Part shown: positions 1-22,137 of the stretch, piece after piece
How positions within the stretch are numbered: position 1 is the first letter of the stretch
Layout: each line of letters begins with the position of its first letter
From: Trichoplax adhaerens
Lineage: Eukaryota > Animalia > Placozoa
Length of the DNA: 64,000 nucleotides
Assembly: GCF_000150275.1 (NCBI RefSeq)
Contig: NW_002060943.1
Location: 732,239-796,238, forward strand
Direction: 5' to 3'
The notes under the pieces: model-generated
The model's input: only the letters and a program-made list of their open reading frames with translations
The model's database searches: none
Told to the model about the DNA's origin: nothing
Program-made: the position numbers and the translations under genes

Positions 1-2640
1 TTGCGTTGATTGCTTTATTGTTACTTAACTAGTCATGTTTCATTCCTTGTAGATATTGTCTCATGCTTTGGAGTATTTTAATTAGTAGTACATCGTTTAG
101 GCTTACTGAGGTATCAATAGGGACGATTATCTTTCATAGATAATTACCATCTTGACTTAGTAGTATGGATAGAAACAGTCCTTTCTTTCCCCATGTGATA
201 ATTGAAGAAAGGACCGAGATAATCATTATTTCCGCTAGTATACAATCATAATATTCTCATTAATTGCGTTTCATCAATCAAATCTTTGAACCTACCTCTA
301 CCCATTTTAGTAAATAACGCCTGATATGATGAAAAATTCAAATCTTATTGTATAATTTCGTGTCGACATTTATTTACTTTAGAATATTCATTTTTTTATT
401 CTCACCCTCGCGAACACTTTGCATGGCATTAAATTGAGATTCTTAATTCCTTAAGATTATAACTCTTCCTTGACTATCAATCATGCTACTGTAACTACTT
501 GTTTAGAAGATAAATCTTCATTTTATTATCCTACGGCTTCACGGTACTTGACTTTTTATAACGAACTTAGTTAATTTAGCATACTCATATCATGAGCGAT
601 GATCAATTGGACCAATATGATTTTTAATGGGTAAACTAGAGACTGTGCTAATTAATACTAACCATAATTCTTGATGATAGCTGCGATCAAATTGAGAATT
701 TAATGTATAAATAGGTTAGAATAGATTATAAACACTCTTTGCTTTGATACTATGATTGAAAAACATGACCGTGGTGCTAAATAACGATTGAACTTTTAAA
801 TATTTTATTTATTTATATGCACCAATGAAGTCATCGTTATCAATAATCTTCTTGTCTATATTTTTTCTATCATTTAAATTGTTAATAAAACGCTACTGAA
901 TATTTAATACCTATTGAAAATTGGTCTTATGATTGCTCAAAGATGACGTCAAGTTGTTCAAAATAACTCTTTCTGATGATACCGCAAATGCAGCGCAAGG
1001 GGATAACTTATTTAAATGTTGTCTATGAGGATTGGATGGAATAGAGCAATATATAGATAGCCAATTCAGAGTCTTATTGAATGGCATAGCTTGCTGAATG
1101 CCGTAAGTGTTGCTTAATCTTGTCATAATGATTTCTTATAGATCACTTCTTAGTTTTACCCACCCCTTGTAAATATTAATCAGTTGCATACGATTTAACC
1201 CTGGTTGTAATAGATAGCCACATGAATTTGAAATCAAATTCGTACGTCATTATTTATAGACCGAGCTAGATAGATATTTTTAGTCAGTCTAATGAATTTA
1301 TCTTAAGCACTTACTTTATTTCTCGATCTTGCCTCTATTTATCCCGTACAAGCGAATAAAATGTAAGATAGGGAAAAAAATTTGAGAAGTAAAAGCGAAA
1401 GAAGAAAAGTCAACATTAAACTGTCAATAAGAAAGCAGGCGATGAAAAATAATATCCACTACTATAATAGCAGACATATCATTAATACACTGGATATATT
1501 GGAGCCAAAAAAATTAATAATCCATGCTATCCTAAAGAAAGTGAAGGATGTTATTGATTCATTTTGAGCATTGCCTCCATAGTCTTTACATTAAATTGTA
1601 TTGAATTGATAATTAGAATAGTTTTGTCTCTCTTTGATTGATTAGCGGCTACAACGGTTGTAAATAAGTAATAATAGATCGGAAATAGTTAATAACTTTA
1701 TTGATGGCCAGAATGATTGATAGTCGGTATTCTATTAGCAAGTAAGGCAGCCATTGATTGATGGAAATTTTTCGTGGGCGTACAGTATTAGTTATCAACT
1801 TACTTGCAAGAATAGCCATCTATTAATTATTATTACAGTATTTTCCTCGTTATTTCCAATGTTGTCACGATCATTAGTATTATATCCACAGTTCATCAGG
1901 ATAGTAGTAATCGCATCTGACTCCAAGGGAGTTAAGATACAATTTTATTATTCTTTATTCATTTGATGCGGTATTTATCATTGAGCTTTTCTATCTATTG
2001 ATGATAGTACATTATACTTAGATCAATAGATTGAAAATTTTCTCTTTCAATTGCAGTCGATGGTGGATCTTTTTTCTATCTTAACTCTCCCTTACAAATG
2101 TATTGTTAGCCAAAGTCGACAAGGATAAGTCTGATGAAAAGTAATCGACATCTTTTCTGCTACTATACGGCACATATTTTTTGATTAATTTATTATTTAT
2201 TATTATTGCAATGACGAGATGATCACATACCCTAATTTACACATAGCTAATAGACTTGATTAATATTTTATTTTATGTTATACGAGTCTATTTTATTTGC
2301 AAACGAGTAGCCTGTCTTAAAATCTCTTTTATCCTTATGGTATCAGTGTTTTGACGACAACTAATTTATGTAGAGTTCAGATCATTAAGGATCACGACAT
2401 TTAATTGATTTTCTATACGAAATAGAACTTATTACTCATATCCCGTAGTCAACTTGCCTATCTATTATAAGAATTGGCATGTTTGGCTGGTAATTATAAT
2501 TGATATTAGGGATGCAAGTTATTAAAATCCTCCTTGACGGCATACATCGGATAAAATATTTTTTATTAATTTGATTTGTTGTTGCTGCTACTTTAAGCGA
2601 CCAAATGTAATTTTCACACAAAACTGAAAGGTTATAATAT
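1..2640 (-). pseudogene. Heavily decayed APAF-1/NB-ARC-like pseudogene remnant (runs off the window edge)
   Basis: On the minus strand, APAF-1-like motif remnants appear in the expected order amid stops and frameshifts: YNLSVLCENYI..YFIRCMPSRR (~2640-2530, eroded P-loop region), IILMIVTT (~1885-1860, cf. ILLTTR), DVRI..KFMWL (~1250-1215), KFVIKS and TV-HD (~570-480, cf. FVNKSL and LHD), and NDYLGPFFNYHMGK (~228-185, cf. the HD2 YWYNFLAYHM). Matches were made by eye only. Confidence 0.4.
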
Positions 2641-5600
2641 CTATAGAAAATTGATGGTTAAGTGTAAAATTCAATTTTTCAATTTTCTTTTCCGCCGTAC
2701 TATCATATCTAAAGTTTTGGAATATCACGATCATATTTTCTGTTTGTGTCGTAGCAATTTTAAATTATTTTATTTTTTGCATTGCATAAATACTCATCAC
2801 TTGAGATCTGACTAGAATCGAACTTTAAACCGGATGTATCCACTTTTGTCTTGATTACCGGTTGATCTCATGTCGACATTATCACTGAATGATCTCTTTT
2901 GTTGCATGATGTTGACTATTGATTTGGATTTAGGCTGCTCGCTTCTATTTGCTCGCTTAGTTTGTCTTAGCTTGGTTAATATTGATATCTATTTCAATTT
3001 TTTTCATTATCTTAATTTTTATTTGCAGTGGCATTCTAGTCTTATTCCTCTCTTTGTACTCAAGTAGTTGTTGTATAAAATTATTTCGCATAGATTGGAT
3101 GTTGTATTGGCCTGATATTATTGGAAATCTACTATGTTATAGTCCATTTTATGATTTTAATTGTAACCATTTAATCATGCCGATAAAATTTCATTTTCTC
3201 CTACTTTTTTTATAAGTTACGGCGATACTAATGTTCTACTATACCTTTAACGTCAATAAACCGAACAGAATGATTAATAAATTTCTTTTAGTTAGAGTTT
3301 AGCATAACATGTAGGTTAGTCCTAGTACTCTATATTATAATCAGCTGAATTAAATTTAATTATTTATTTGTCCGCCTTTATCATCAATGTTTTATTCTGA
3401 CTCAAGGTGGTTGAATATTATTGTTTTATTTTTTTCTTCACGTTTCAATGTTACTTGCTAGCTAGGAACTGAAATTATTACTAAGGGAAAGACGCGAGCT
3501 GAAATAATTGACTGTTCGACAAATGAAAAAAATTATTACCAGTTCTTCTCAGTTTTATTAAGGATCGATTTTAGGCTAGCAAAGGCTAAGAAAGATATTT
3601 GAAATATTAATAAGGATCGAGGATAGGCAAATCAAATAGGCAGAGCATAATAACTTGTTGTCTAAACGGCAATGCAATTGGAGAATTATCCAGTGAATTA
3701 ATATTATCGACACTGTATGTATTGAAATTAACTAGCAAAGATAACTGTCCAGGCTTGATAGCAAGCTAAACGTGTCTATAGCCAATGAAATATCGAATTG
3801 CAGCAAGGCTAAGCTATAATATTGCAGGAAGTTTAAATCCTGTGACTCTTATAGCGAGCAAATTAACGGACAAAGCAACTTGTACATCATTAAATTTTTA
3901 GAATATGCAACACTGACAGAATGGAATGATAGTTTACATAGCCTGCTTTAGCAAAGTAGAATACCATTAATATCGTATCCAAGATACATGATGCGATAAG
4001 TTATAGATTATCAATGTATAATTACACGAATATTAATTGATATTAATTGTACCCATACCAACGTTTTATATATCATTACCCTAGATACTATTGGTATTTA
4101 CGATCTAGGTTATACAGCATTATATTTATTATGATCGGCAACGGAACAGCAAATGCATCTGTGAGCAACTAGCAGTAGCAATTCTATCAGTATCGATAAA
4201 AGGTATGTGGTTATGATAGGCTAAGGAATTGGAAATATATTTGCAAGTACTGTGAGATGAAACTTATTAGAAGCTTAGGTTTATTTGGCCTGTAATACTG
4301 CGAAATTAATTTTAAATGGTTTTGTATGCCATATAAATGCGTGAATATTATTAATAGCGTGCATGGATGAAGTTATGTGAGAGTAAATAAAGTCATTCAT
4401 TAGTAAACAACATAAACTAAAATCCCGCCAATAGCCCTAGTAAATCATATAGAGGTGCTTGTTGTTACTGTATGGCATCCAGTAAATTGATAGGCAAATA
4501 AGATTCTACATGAAAATAGATATCCACGGTTTAAAAATCTGTATAATTAAGGGAATATAACAGAAAAATGTGGAAATACTTACGTATTATTGCGTAATAA
4601 TTTCGAAGATGGTATATAATAATCAATCTATTATCTGCCGGTGATTCTATTGGTTGTACAGGAACTTTTAAAAGAAAAGTTCTTTCTAATAATTATATAG
4701 AATAATTAATTACTGCTTTTACTAAACAAAAATGGAAAACATTATTAATTTCTACATTTATGTCCCTAATTAAAAATTGGATGAAATTAATCTTTATCCT
4801 TATTGATTATTCGGGATGATAAACCTCTACTTCATAAAGTGGTGTAACATATTGTTCGCTGTTGTTTAGATGCGCAACCAAAAAGCACATTTATAATATA
4901 ACGAAATCTATAATAAATTTCTTTTATGCGACGAAATACCAGGCTATCAATAACACCCTAGATAGCACTAATATTTAATCGCAAATAGAATTTAAAACAA
5001 TCATCATTTTATAGCATAGTATGAATAATACATTTTACTTTCGCTTTCCTCCATCCATTAATATACCATTGTTAATTGCTTTATTCACATTTAGCTTTCG
5101 ATTTTATTAAAATGGGATACTATTTACTTATATTAAGATAGATCTTGATTTATTAATACTTCAAAGTTTAAGTCCTATCAGTCACGCTTTACTTTTAGCG
5201 ATTTAGGAACTCTGACGGCTATACACTTTAAAATGAAATTAAAATATACCGTAATTATAGTACTACTCTATTCCAAATAAAGGGTCATTAATGTCACGAT
5301 ATATGACAATCTTCCTCAATTTGTCCAACTTTTATGGCTGAAGGTTAAGCGGAAAGTTCTCGCTTTATGTTTCACAGTATATAACAGACCAACAAATTAT
5401 TTTTTGTCAATAATTGATCTATTGCAATAAATAAAGGATGGGATCAAAAAATGGATCTGTTTCTTTTTGAATGCAACTGCCCATGAATCTATCTCTAGCT
5501 TTAAAAATGTTTTTCTTTAAGCAAATATTTTGCAGCTGGTAAAGCTAGTGAGTAAAAGAATGGTAAATATTCTTGTCTCTGTCTTACGGGAGGGGATGTC

Positions 5601-6957
5601 GAAAGAGCCGGCACAAGGGGTTATAGCGCGCTTGATAATGTTAGGATTGCATCAACTATTTTCGCTATTATTTCAGGTGCTGTAGTTAATCAATTTCTTG
5701 TGATGATTTCGTCATTATAATAAGTCAACAGCGGATAAAATGGTTGGTAAAAAATAAATTTTCAACTATCCACTTCCTATTATGCAATATAATGCTACGG
5801 CTAGATTAAATGGCATAAAGGGAAATAATTTTCGCTATTGGCAATCAAAGGCAATAATTATTATTACCCAGAACTAATTTATTAACGTACAAATGAACGG
5901 TGATGGATTTACATACCTGGACACCTACGTAAAATTGTAATAAGAAGTACGATATTTAATCACTTATAATGAAATGTGAGAATAAGCTGACATATGCAAT
6001 GAATTGAAGCTGTTAGGTAAAGAAAAAACTAGAAAGATAGATGGTAATACAGTTCATAAATCATCAGACAAGATATAAAATATCTAATTGTTAGTTCTCG
6101 TCGTTGTGATCGACTAAGCTATTTCACTAGCTACTTAACGAGCTCCTACTAACTAAGGAGATAAATTAATACTGCGAATTAGACTAACTACTGTCTCACA
6201 AGTACTATAAGCGGGTAGAAGTTTGTTTAGCTTTTAAGAGTCTTTATTCTTAGTATATACAAAAGTATAAACCTTTGTGTACGACTAAGAGATAATTAGT
6301 CAACTAAAACGTTACACTGGCTTATATACATTTGCCATAAACTAATGGGGCATTGTTGAAATATGCCGGTTGTACAATTTACTAACATTAGTATTAGAAT
6401 GAGAGATAGATTTATAATATAACATACTATAGAATCTAACAGTAAACAACCGTAATTAATATAAATCAATTAACGATCAATTAAGACCTAGAGAATCAGC
6501 ACCACTAAATCATTTAAGAGACTAAAATTAATAATAAGCCGATAATAAGGTTGGTGTTAAATTAAATATCATAAACATAATCATGTCATCGTCCATTAGC
6601 ACTACTAACTAGAATTAATTTATACATAACAAGAATCAACATCGTGACACTAATGAATTGAAGCTGTTCTATGAAGGCGTCCTATAATTATCTACGAGTT
6701 AAGCTAGAAGTAACATTGGAGGATGCAAAAATAAATTCACTTGATTAGATTGAAATAGTTATAGCTATAAGCCAAAGCATTGATATAAGGTGATAATTAA
6801 ATAGGTTGTAGTTTATATTATATTATCAAAACCTGTTATTAAGCACTGTACAATAACGGAATAGTTAGAGTGGAGATCATAGTGAGGGTATTTGTATATG
6901 TTAAAGTTGAAATAAAATTAGCGTAATTTTTAGCTAACATGTATTAAATTGTCGCAG

Positions 6958-8922
6958 ATTGCACTGGAATATTCTGTTATCACTTCTGTTATACAAGTGG
7001 CTAAAGGGAAAAAACCTATTTTAACACGGAAAGTATCAGTAGATGTTAAAATTATCTCCTGCAATAGCATCATTCAAGGAAAAGGGCACCATGAGTCAAG
7101 AATAAAAAGGAAAACTGGTAAGATCGGCGAATCGTTGCACATAATTAAGACGATCAAGGACGGTCACTACTACTGAGGAATTGAATACTGGTGGCGCCCT
7201 TAAATTTAAACACTTTTTGGTTGCGTTTATTCGAAGGTTAAAAACGTAAATTATTGGTGCATTCGCTGCTTATAGAATATAAAGTACCAGCTAAAGCCGG
7301 GGAACGAGCAAAAATATTGGAAAGTCTTAGTGGATACATACCATTGAGTCAAAATTTCCTGATTCCTATTAAGGTCATTTATATGCTGATAAAGCGAAGA
7401 AAATCGATCTGATTATCGCAAAGAGGCTAAAAATGCCACTGCTATGCCTCCTAGTTTGAAAATTGCTAAATTATCGATAGCCATGATAGTTTATGACTTA
7501 GCTGGAATGCTTCAGTAACAGATTTACAATATTGATAGCAAATCTGACTACTACTATCAGTATATTAAGAAATATGCGAAGGAAGTGGTGATCGAATCCT
7601 TAACTATATTGAAGAATAATCACCTAGAGAAGACTTACTGCAGTCTGAGCATCTATTAGCAAAGTAGGTTTTCTTTGGCGTTTTAGAAAAAATGCTAAAT
7701 ATAACAAGAATAAATCAAAGTATGATAAGTATGTAAAAGTGATCATCTATGGAGAGCAGCTAGGGAAATATGAGTACACAGGTAAATTATTAGATAGGTA
7801 TAGTATGAGTAAATAGCAAAGATGGAGTCAAATACTGCTACCGTAAAGATAAATTGAAGACAGATCAACGGTACCGTTATCCAGCCTGGCGTTTTCGTAA
7901 ACATTCAATAATCGATGGAGGCCTATCTAGCCGAATGAATGACGATACTGAATATGAGTGGCTTAACCATGTGCAGAAACCTAAAGATGAAGAGTTCCAG
8001 TGTAACCTTTCTATTCAACTAATTTTACATCTCTGACGTACATGAGCTTAAAAATTACGCAGAGAAAGAGATGAAAATTGCTCCTGTTGATAATTTTGAA
8101 GAAATAAAAGCATCCTTAGAAGAGTTGAAGGATAGTACGTCGAAATTAAATAGCGATCTTGTAGATATTATTCATTATGAAGTAGAGAATGCACTATCAA
8201 AGATAAATGACAAGCCTACCGATGCACAAAGTCTACTGATAAATTTTGAACAGAAATTTGATACTCTAATTGCCGAAATGAATAGAATAAATGATACATC
8301 TCAAAGGGTAGACAGACGAAACATGGCTATGGCTCAGGATTTAGGTTAGTAAAAAATGCAAGTCGCTGATATCGCATAAATTGCAGTGGAGACATGAAGG
8401 CAATACTTTGATATGGCTCAAGATGTAGTAGAAATAAAAATATCTGTAGAGCAATTACCTGCAGCTAATCTATCGGATAAAAGTAATGATTAGAGCCAGA
8501 ATAATGATTCTATCGGTATGCTATCATGATCTTAGTTTTGTTCATTAAATACTATTGCACAGATATTTTAGAAATTATCGAGAACGGTCTCATAATTGTA
8601 GAATAGTAAATATTAATGTCCATGAAACAGATAATGGCTGCTCTCTGGATAATTTCAATATTAATTGCATTTCTATTGATTTAAATTTATAGAAGATTTG
8701 CTTCAAAATCTTTCCTTAACACCAGATAGTTACCGTACTGAGAGATCAAATTTCATCAAAGAAATCAGTGATAAACTGAAGGAGATCGATATGGATTATA
8801 AAGATATTTTGATTCATGGAATGGCTAGCTGTAAAAAACAACTGCTATCATGCAATCTATCCGTCATGCTATAGAAATGGAGGCTTGCTTTAGGCCAGCA
8901 GGTTGTTATTGGATTAAAATAG
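6958..8922 (+). pseudogene. APAF-1-like NB-ARC (AP-ATPase) pseudogene fragment: decayed N-terminal/coiled-coil exon plus P-loop exon
   Basis: The AG/GT-bounded exon 8693-8922 reads DLLQNLSLTPDSYRTERSNFIKEISDKLKEIDMDYKDILIHGMASC-(frameshift)-KTTAIMQSIRHAIEMEACFRPAGCYWIKIG. This matches APAF-1 IHGMAGCGKS...FPGGVHWVSVG with a broken Walker A. Upstream, 6958-8490 is coding-like sequence with scattered in-frame stops (e.g. AMPPSLKIAKLSIAMIVYDLAGMLQ*QIYNID...) and includes the coiled-coil-like ORF 8071-8349. No further NB-ARC exons are visible downstream. Confidence 0.7.
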
Positions 8923-10919
8923 GTAGGTATGAAGTCTTAATATTACTTGTACTGTAAAGTATAAATTATTTTAAACTGTGATCTGTACATGTATATCACG
9001 ACAGAAAAATTAAAGTTAGTATGTAGACAAAATGTTTGCTAATCATAATACTTCAGTTAGCATTTACGCTAGCCAGACGGCGAATATTTCAAATCTCTAA
9101 TTTTCGCGAATAGCGTTATAAATTAAGCAGTAAAATCGCTATACCATTTTATTTGTTATCTAGTATTGAAATACACAAATTGTTTCATAAGCACAATTAA
9201 ATATTTAGCCAGATTAGTATCCTGCGTACAAGTATCAATCAATTTTGAATAATAGCGTCATAATTTGATACTATACTTTCAAATTGCAAAGTGATTACAT
9301 GTCTGCGATATGTAGACGAGGCTGATTTACATATTTAGCTTGTAAAAATAGATTAATATAGCTGAAATATACTTATGATACATAGTAATATTCTCGATCA
9401 TAGCATGCCTGTTTCTCATTGATCTATCGTATGATAAGTTATGTCCATAAGTAATGTAAGGTCAACACTACTTATTCTTATAAGCAACTGTTTATGCATC
9501 CATGAATTTTAGTAAATCTTCAATTTAATAATTTAATTTGCCGGCATCTTATCGTATTCCAGTATTTCATTTATACGAAGGCGTTTTAGCACTCCACCCA
9601 ATTCCGGGAAAGCATCGAAAGTACTCAAAAAGGGTACAGAATTCGTATTAATTGATTTTCTAAAAATTGTTTTTAAAGTTCTCTTTACACATGTGGGCCA
9701 AACTTCTGAGATTCAACATTGGCTTAAACTGTTACTACTTTGCTCCATATCTTAATTAATAATTCGCTTATAAATTTGTGACAAAGCGATAATAAACGTA
9801 TACTTTATAGTTTCTTGTTCAATTTTATCTCGCCACACCGATTAGTACTATCAAGGAATGTAGGACTTGGTATAAATAGATAATTACGAATGTCATACGA
9901 TCTAATATTCTGAATCGATCTGTATTATTGAAATAATAGTTATCCAATTTGTTGTAGCGAGGAATGTCAAATACCCAAAGAATGATAGAAAATCAATTTC
10001 TAGTTTAATTTAATAATGTACAATAAATTTAAAGTAATTTTTTTAAACTGTTGCTTCGACCTCCAACTTTACTTTTCTCCAGCATGTGTGACTGAAATGA
10101 TTAATATCTGGTCTTTACTGTGAACTCGATGCCCTAATAGGGTACGGTACCTCATAATTTTAAATTTATTAGCTTATTAGCATTAATAAATTATGAAATG
10201 TTTTGACCAAGTCTAACAAAGCAAATGACAACATATAAAATTGATGAATTATTTTTTAGATCAACTTGGTTCTTTTAGATTACATTGAGCATGGAATGAT
10301 AATATATTGTACGTAAAGAATACGATAGCAAAAAATTGCTGCACAAGTACTCAAACGCGGTTAACTGCTAGCGATATATTCAACATCATTTTCAATTATA
10401 TAAAGTAGCAACAACAACCATTATCTAAGCAGATGCGATGGTCTATAATAAGTAATGAAATCGAAATAGCTCCCAGTAAAATAGAACAATTGACTAATAG
10501 TTAATTAATTAAGAGATTTTTATTAGGCACAATTCGAAACGTTATATTACTATATATATATATTATTACGTACCCAGCATTCAAGCATAATGACACTGAC
10601 TGATAAGCTGTATCAGCTAATGCTAAATATTAATCCAAAGCAGTAAACATAAGATAGAATTCAAAAATAAGAACTAAAAGCCGTGTCGCTGTCGACAGAC
10701 GTGATGAAATTAATTAACTACTGTAAGATACCAAGAAAAAGTTTACAGTATTATAGTAACCTGCAAATTTTGAGATACTTCTCAGACGAGCTCACATATT
10801 AATACTACAAAATAGCTACAAAATGTACGACCTTTTCCATAAGCACAAGCACAAAAATTATTATCAAATGTCATGAAGGCAAATCGTACTAAGAAACTTA
10901 CTGGGGCCGTAATAATTAT

Positions 10920-19363
<8,444 letters not shown>

Positions 19364-19976
19364 ACTTGTTTAATTGGAGATTGATAGAAGTATATAAACA
19401 AGTTCAAAAATTCAATGAAAAAGTGTAAACTGCGATGAAATCGATGGTCGACCAATGCTAAAATCTACCACCACCGCTAGTTCGCAGTTTCAGAAAGACT
19501 GCGCAGGAGTGGCACTCGCCTTCCCGGCAGCCCATATTTATACGTGCCACAGGCTGTGTTCACGTGATCGACGGCCGTATTGACTTTGGATTCTCTTACC
19601 ATTGTGATACGCGTCAAAGGCTGATCACATGGTCCAATCCAAGTACAGTAGGCCAGAGTACAGTGTACAGTCAAGGCGGTGTTCGTGACTGGCAAGTGTA
19701 ATGATTACATAGCGGAAATATCATCCGAGCGTCACCGTACAGTACATTGTACTGCAGCGGCATAGCGTCACACCAGGCTGTGACATTCGCGACACGTGTC
19801 CAGCTCTTCACTATGGAGGATGATGCAGTAGTACTGTACAGCTCGCTACAGTATCCTATCGAGTGATGGGATGACTGCACTACGTACTGTAGCTGGGAAA
19901 AAAGGACCAGACTGTACACTGTACAGAACGAATGAGTAACCAGTGTACTCACTGTACTGTACTCTCCCACATATGG

Positions 19977-20028
19977 ACCATACCGTACCGTACCATACCG
20001 TATCGTATCGTATCGTATCGTATCGTAC
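19977..20028. repeat. Pentanucleotide microsatellite, (TACCG/TACCA)n grading into (TATCG)n
   Basis: The sequence reads accataccgtaccgtaccataccgtatcgtatcgtatcgtatcgtatcgtac. Confidence 0.95.
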
Positions 20029-22137
20029 TAAGGATGGGTGGGTGGGTGCGTTCGAACAAGACGAAGAAGGAATAATGGCGCACCTTGTTGAACTGAACTT
20101 ATTTGCACTTAGCAACCCACTGTACTGTATGATGTGATAACAAATTTCGATCCATGACATGACAATTGCAGTTACTGCACTGCACTGTCATTATTTACAG
20201 TAGGGGTATGCTATTCCAGTGCCAGTGAGAAGAAGCAAGCGTCTGCTATCGGAGGGTGAACTTTCAAATCTAGTGTATCAAATCATCTCGCTTTTGGTCG
20301 CTATCGTACTGGGCGGTAAACATCGCTAACGAGTAACGATGAATAACCATTTAGTCATGCTTAATTAACTTAATTAATTAGGCACTGTTGCTGCAGGACT
20401 CGAAAATACAACGCAGTCTCCTAATATCAAGGAACATAGCCATTGAAAATCCTACAGTCAATGTAGAAAATTGGGAATTTTGATCTACAGCACAGCCATA
20501 GATAGAGTTCATAAAAAACACGATTGAATACAGTACAGTACTATGGACGACAGTAAACGGTACGTATTATGTACTGTTATGTACCAGTCAGAACTGTCGT
20601 GATGGTCGTGACTTTTACAAATTTGGCGACCCTATTTGCAGAGCCATACAAACAATCCCCCTACTATAATGCGATTGACTATCTACATTAGATTAATGCC
20701 ATGGTCTGTAATCATTCTGTTATTGGATTTATAGAATTTCAATTTTCTACATACAGTATTGCATAATTGGAGATAATCAATTCATTAATGAATGAATTGA
20801 TCCATAATTGTTACCGGAAAAGCTTCACAGATGCTGCACTGCTTTGTAAAGTACCGTTAACAATTTTAAGACTGCTGGAGTATCAACCGTGGGGAGTCTC
20901 CCATTCTCAGCTGCCCCCAGTACTGCCTGTGCGCAAACTGTGGAATGTCAAAGTACAAGTGCAGCCATGGCCCATGGACTACTCAAATGATTAAATAGTA
21001 ATTGGAGTAGTCCATAGTACATGCATCTGCTGGATGCCACAATCATAATATTTTATGTAATAATAAGGGGTTTCCCTAATGTGATCAATTCTAGGCTTGC
21101 GCATACTCGTAAAAATATTCGAGAAATGCAAAGTCGATTATACACGTCCTCAGTACTTGTAGTCATGGGCTATTATTAGTGTAGAAGGTTTTCTTCAAGA
21201 ACCAATGCCATCATGGCAGTACTTGTGTTGCGCTGCTGGCCATCTTTCTGAGCCAAACGAATGGAGACGAGAGACGAGAATCGTGTCAAGTTTATCAACA
21301 TACTGCATATGAAATACTGTCAATAGAACGATGCGTACGTTCGTTATCACCAGCTGTCTCCTGCAGTTGACATATACAGTACTGTAAACTGTTTTTATAG
21401 ACTTTAATCCTTGCCACCAAGAATTTAGGGCAGAGAACAGCACTAATGTAAATTAATTTGCTGTATTGATATTTGGAGTAGACTTCGTTTTGATCAGTCT
21501 GTTTGTCATGCCGTACTGTACTGAACGCAGACTCAGAACTGCTACTAGAAGAATAGTACTACTGTATACTGTAGGTAGTCTTCAAGTAATCCACGGCAGA
21601 GTGGTGTACACTGTGTACTGTACAGCATTTGTTTGCAAGTTTATGAGTTTTTGATTGACCCCAAAATGTCAACTCTATTGCGCAGGCGTAAAGATGACGC
21701 TTTACTGGCAAGAGGAGATTTTGACATTTCCTATTTTTTGTTTGACTGCTAATCTAACCTTGGACATTCTTATTCTTATCAAAATGTTATTGGACAATGG
21801 ACTACTTGAGAAAAATCTCAATTTGTAGCTTGAGAAAATTGAACTACAGTCCACTAACACAACGAACACAACTAGTACTGCCTCCGATAGGCAGACTTTC
21901 TTACCCAATGGATCTTAATGTCTATTTCTAAATCACTGGTTCTCATTGAAATAGAATCTACCGATCTTACAGTATATAACTGTTTTCAAGCACAACTTTG
22001 TAACAGATAAGATTCAATATAATATTACTTAACCTTAATTGAGAAAGCATCAGTCAATTTGAAATCGACGGTCTGCATACTTAAGCACTGCCATAGCGAC
22101 GTGTTCGCATAATATTTTGGCGAAATGAAGCCGGGGT

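Noticed and set aside
5530-5720. GC-richer exon-like patch
   Set aside because: No frame gives a recognisable product. It may belong to the pseudogene debris but cannot be assigned.
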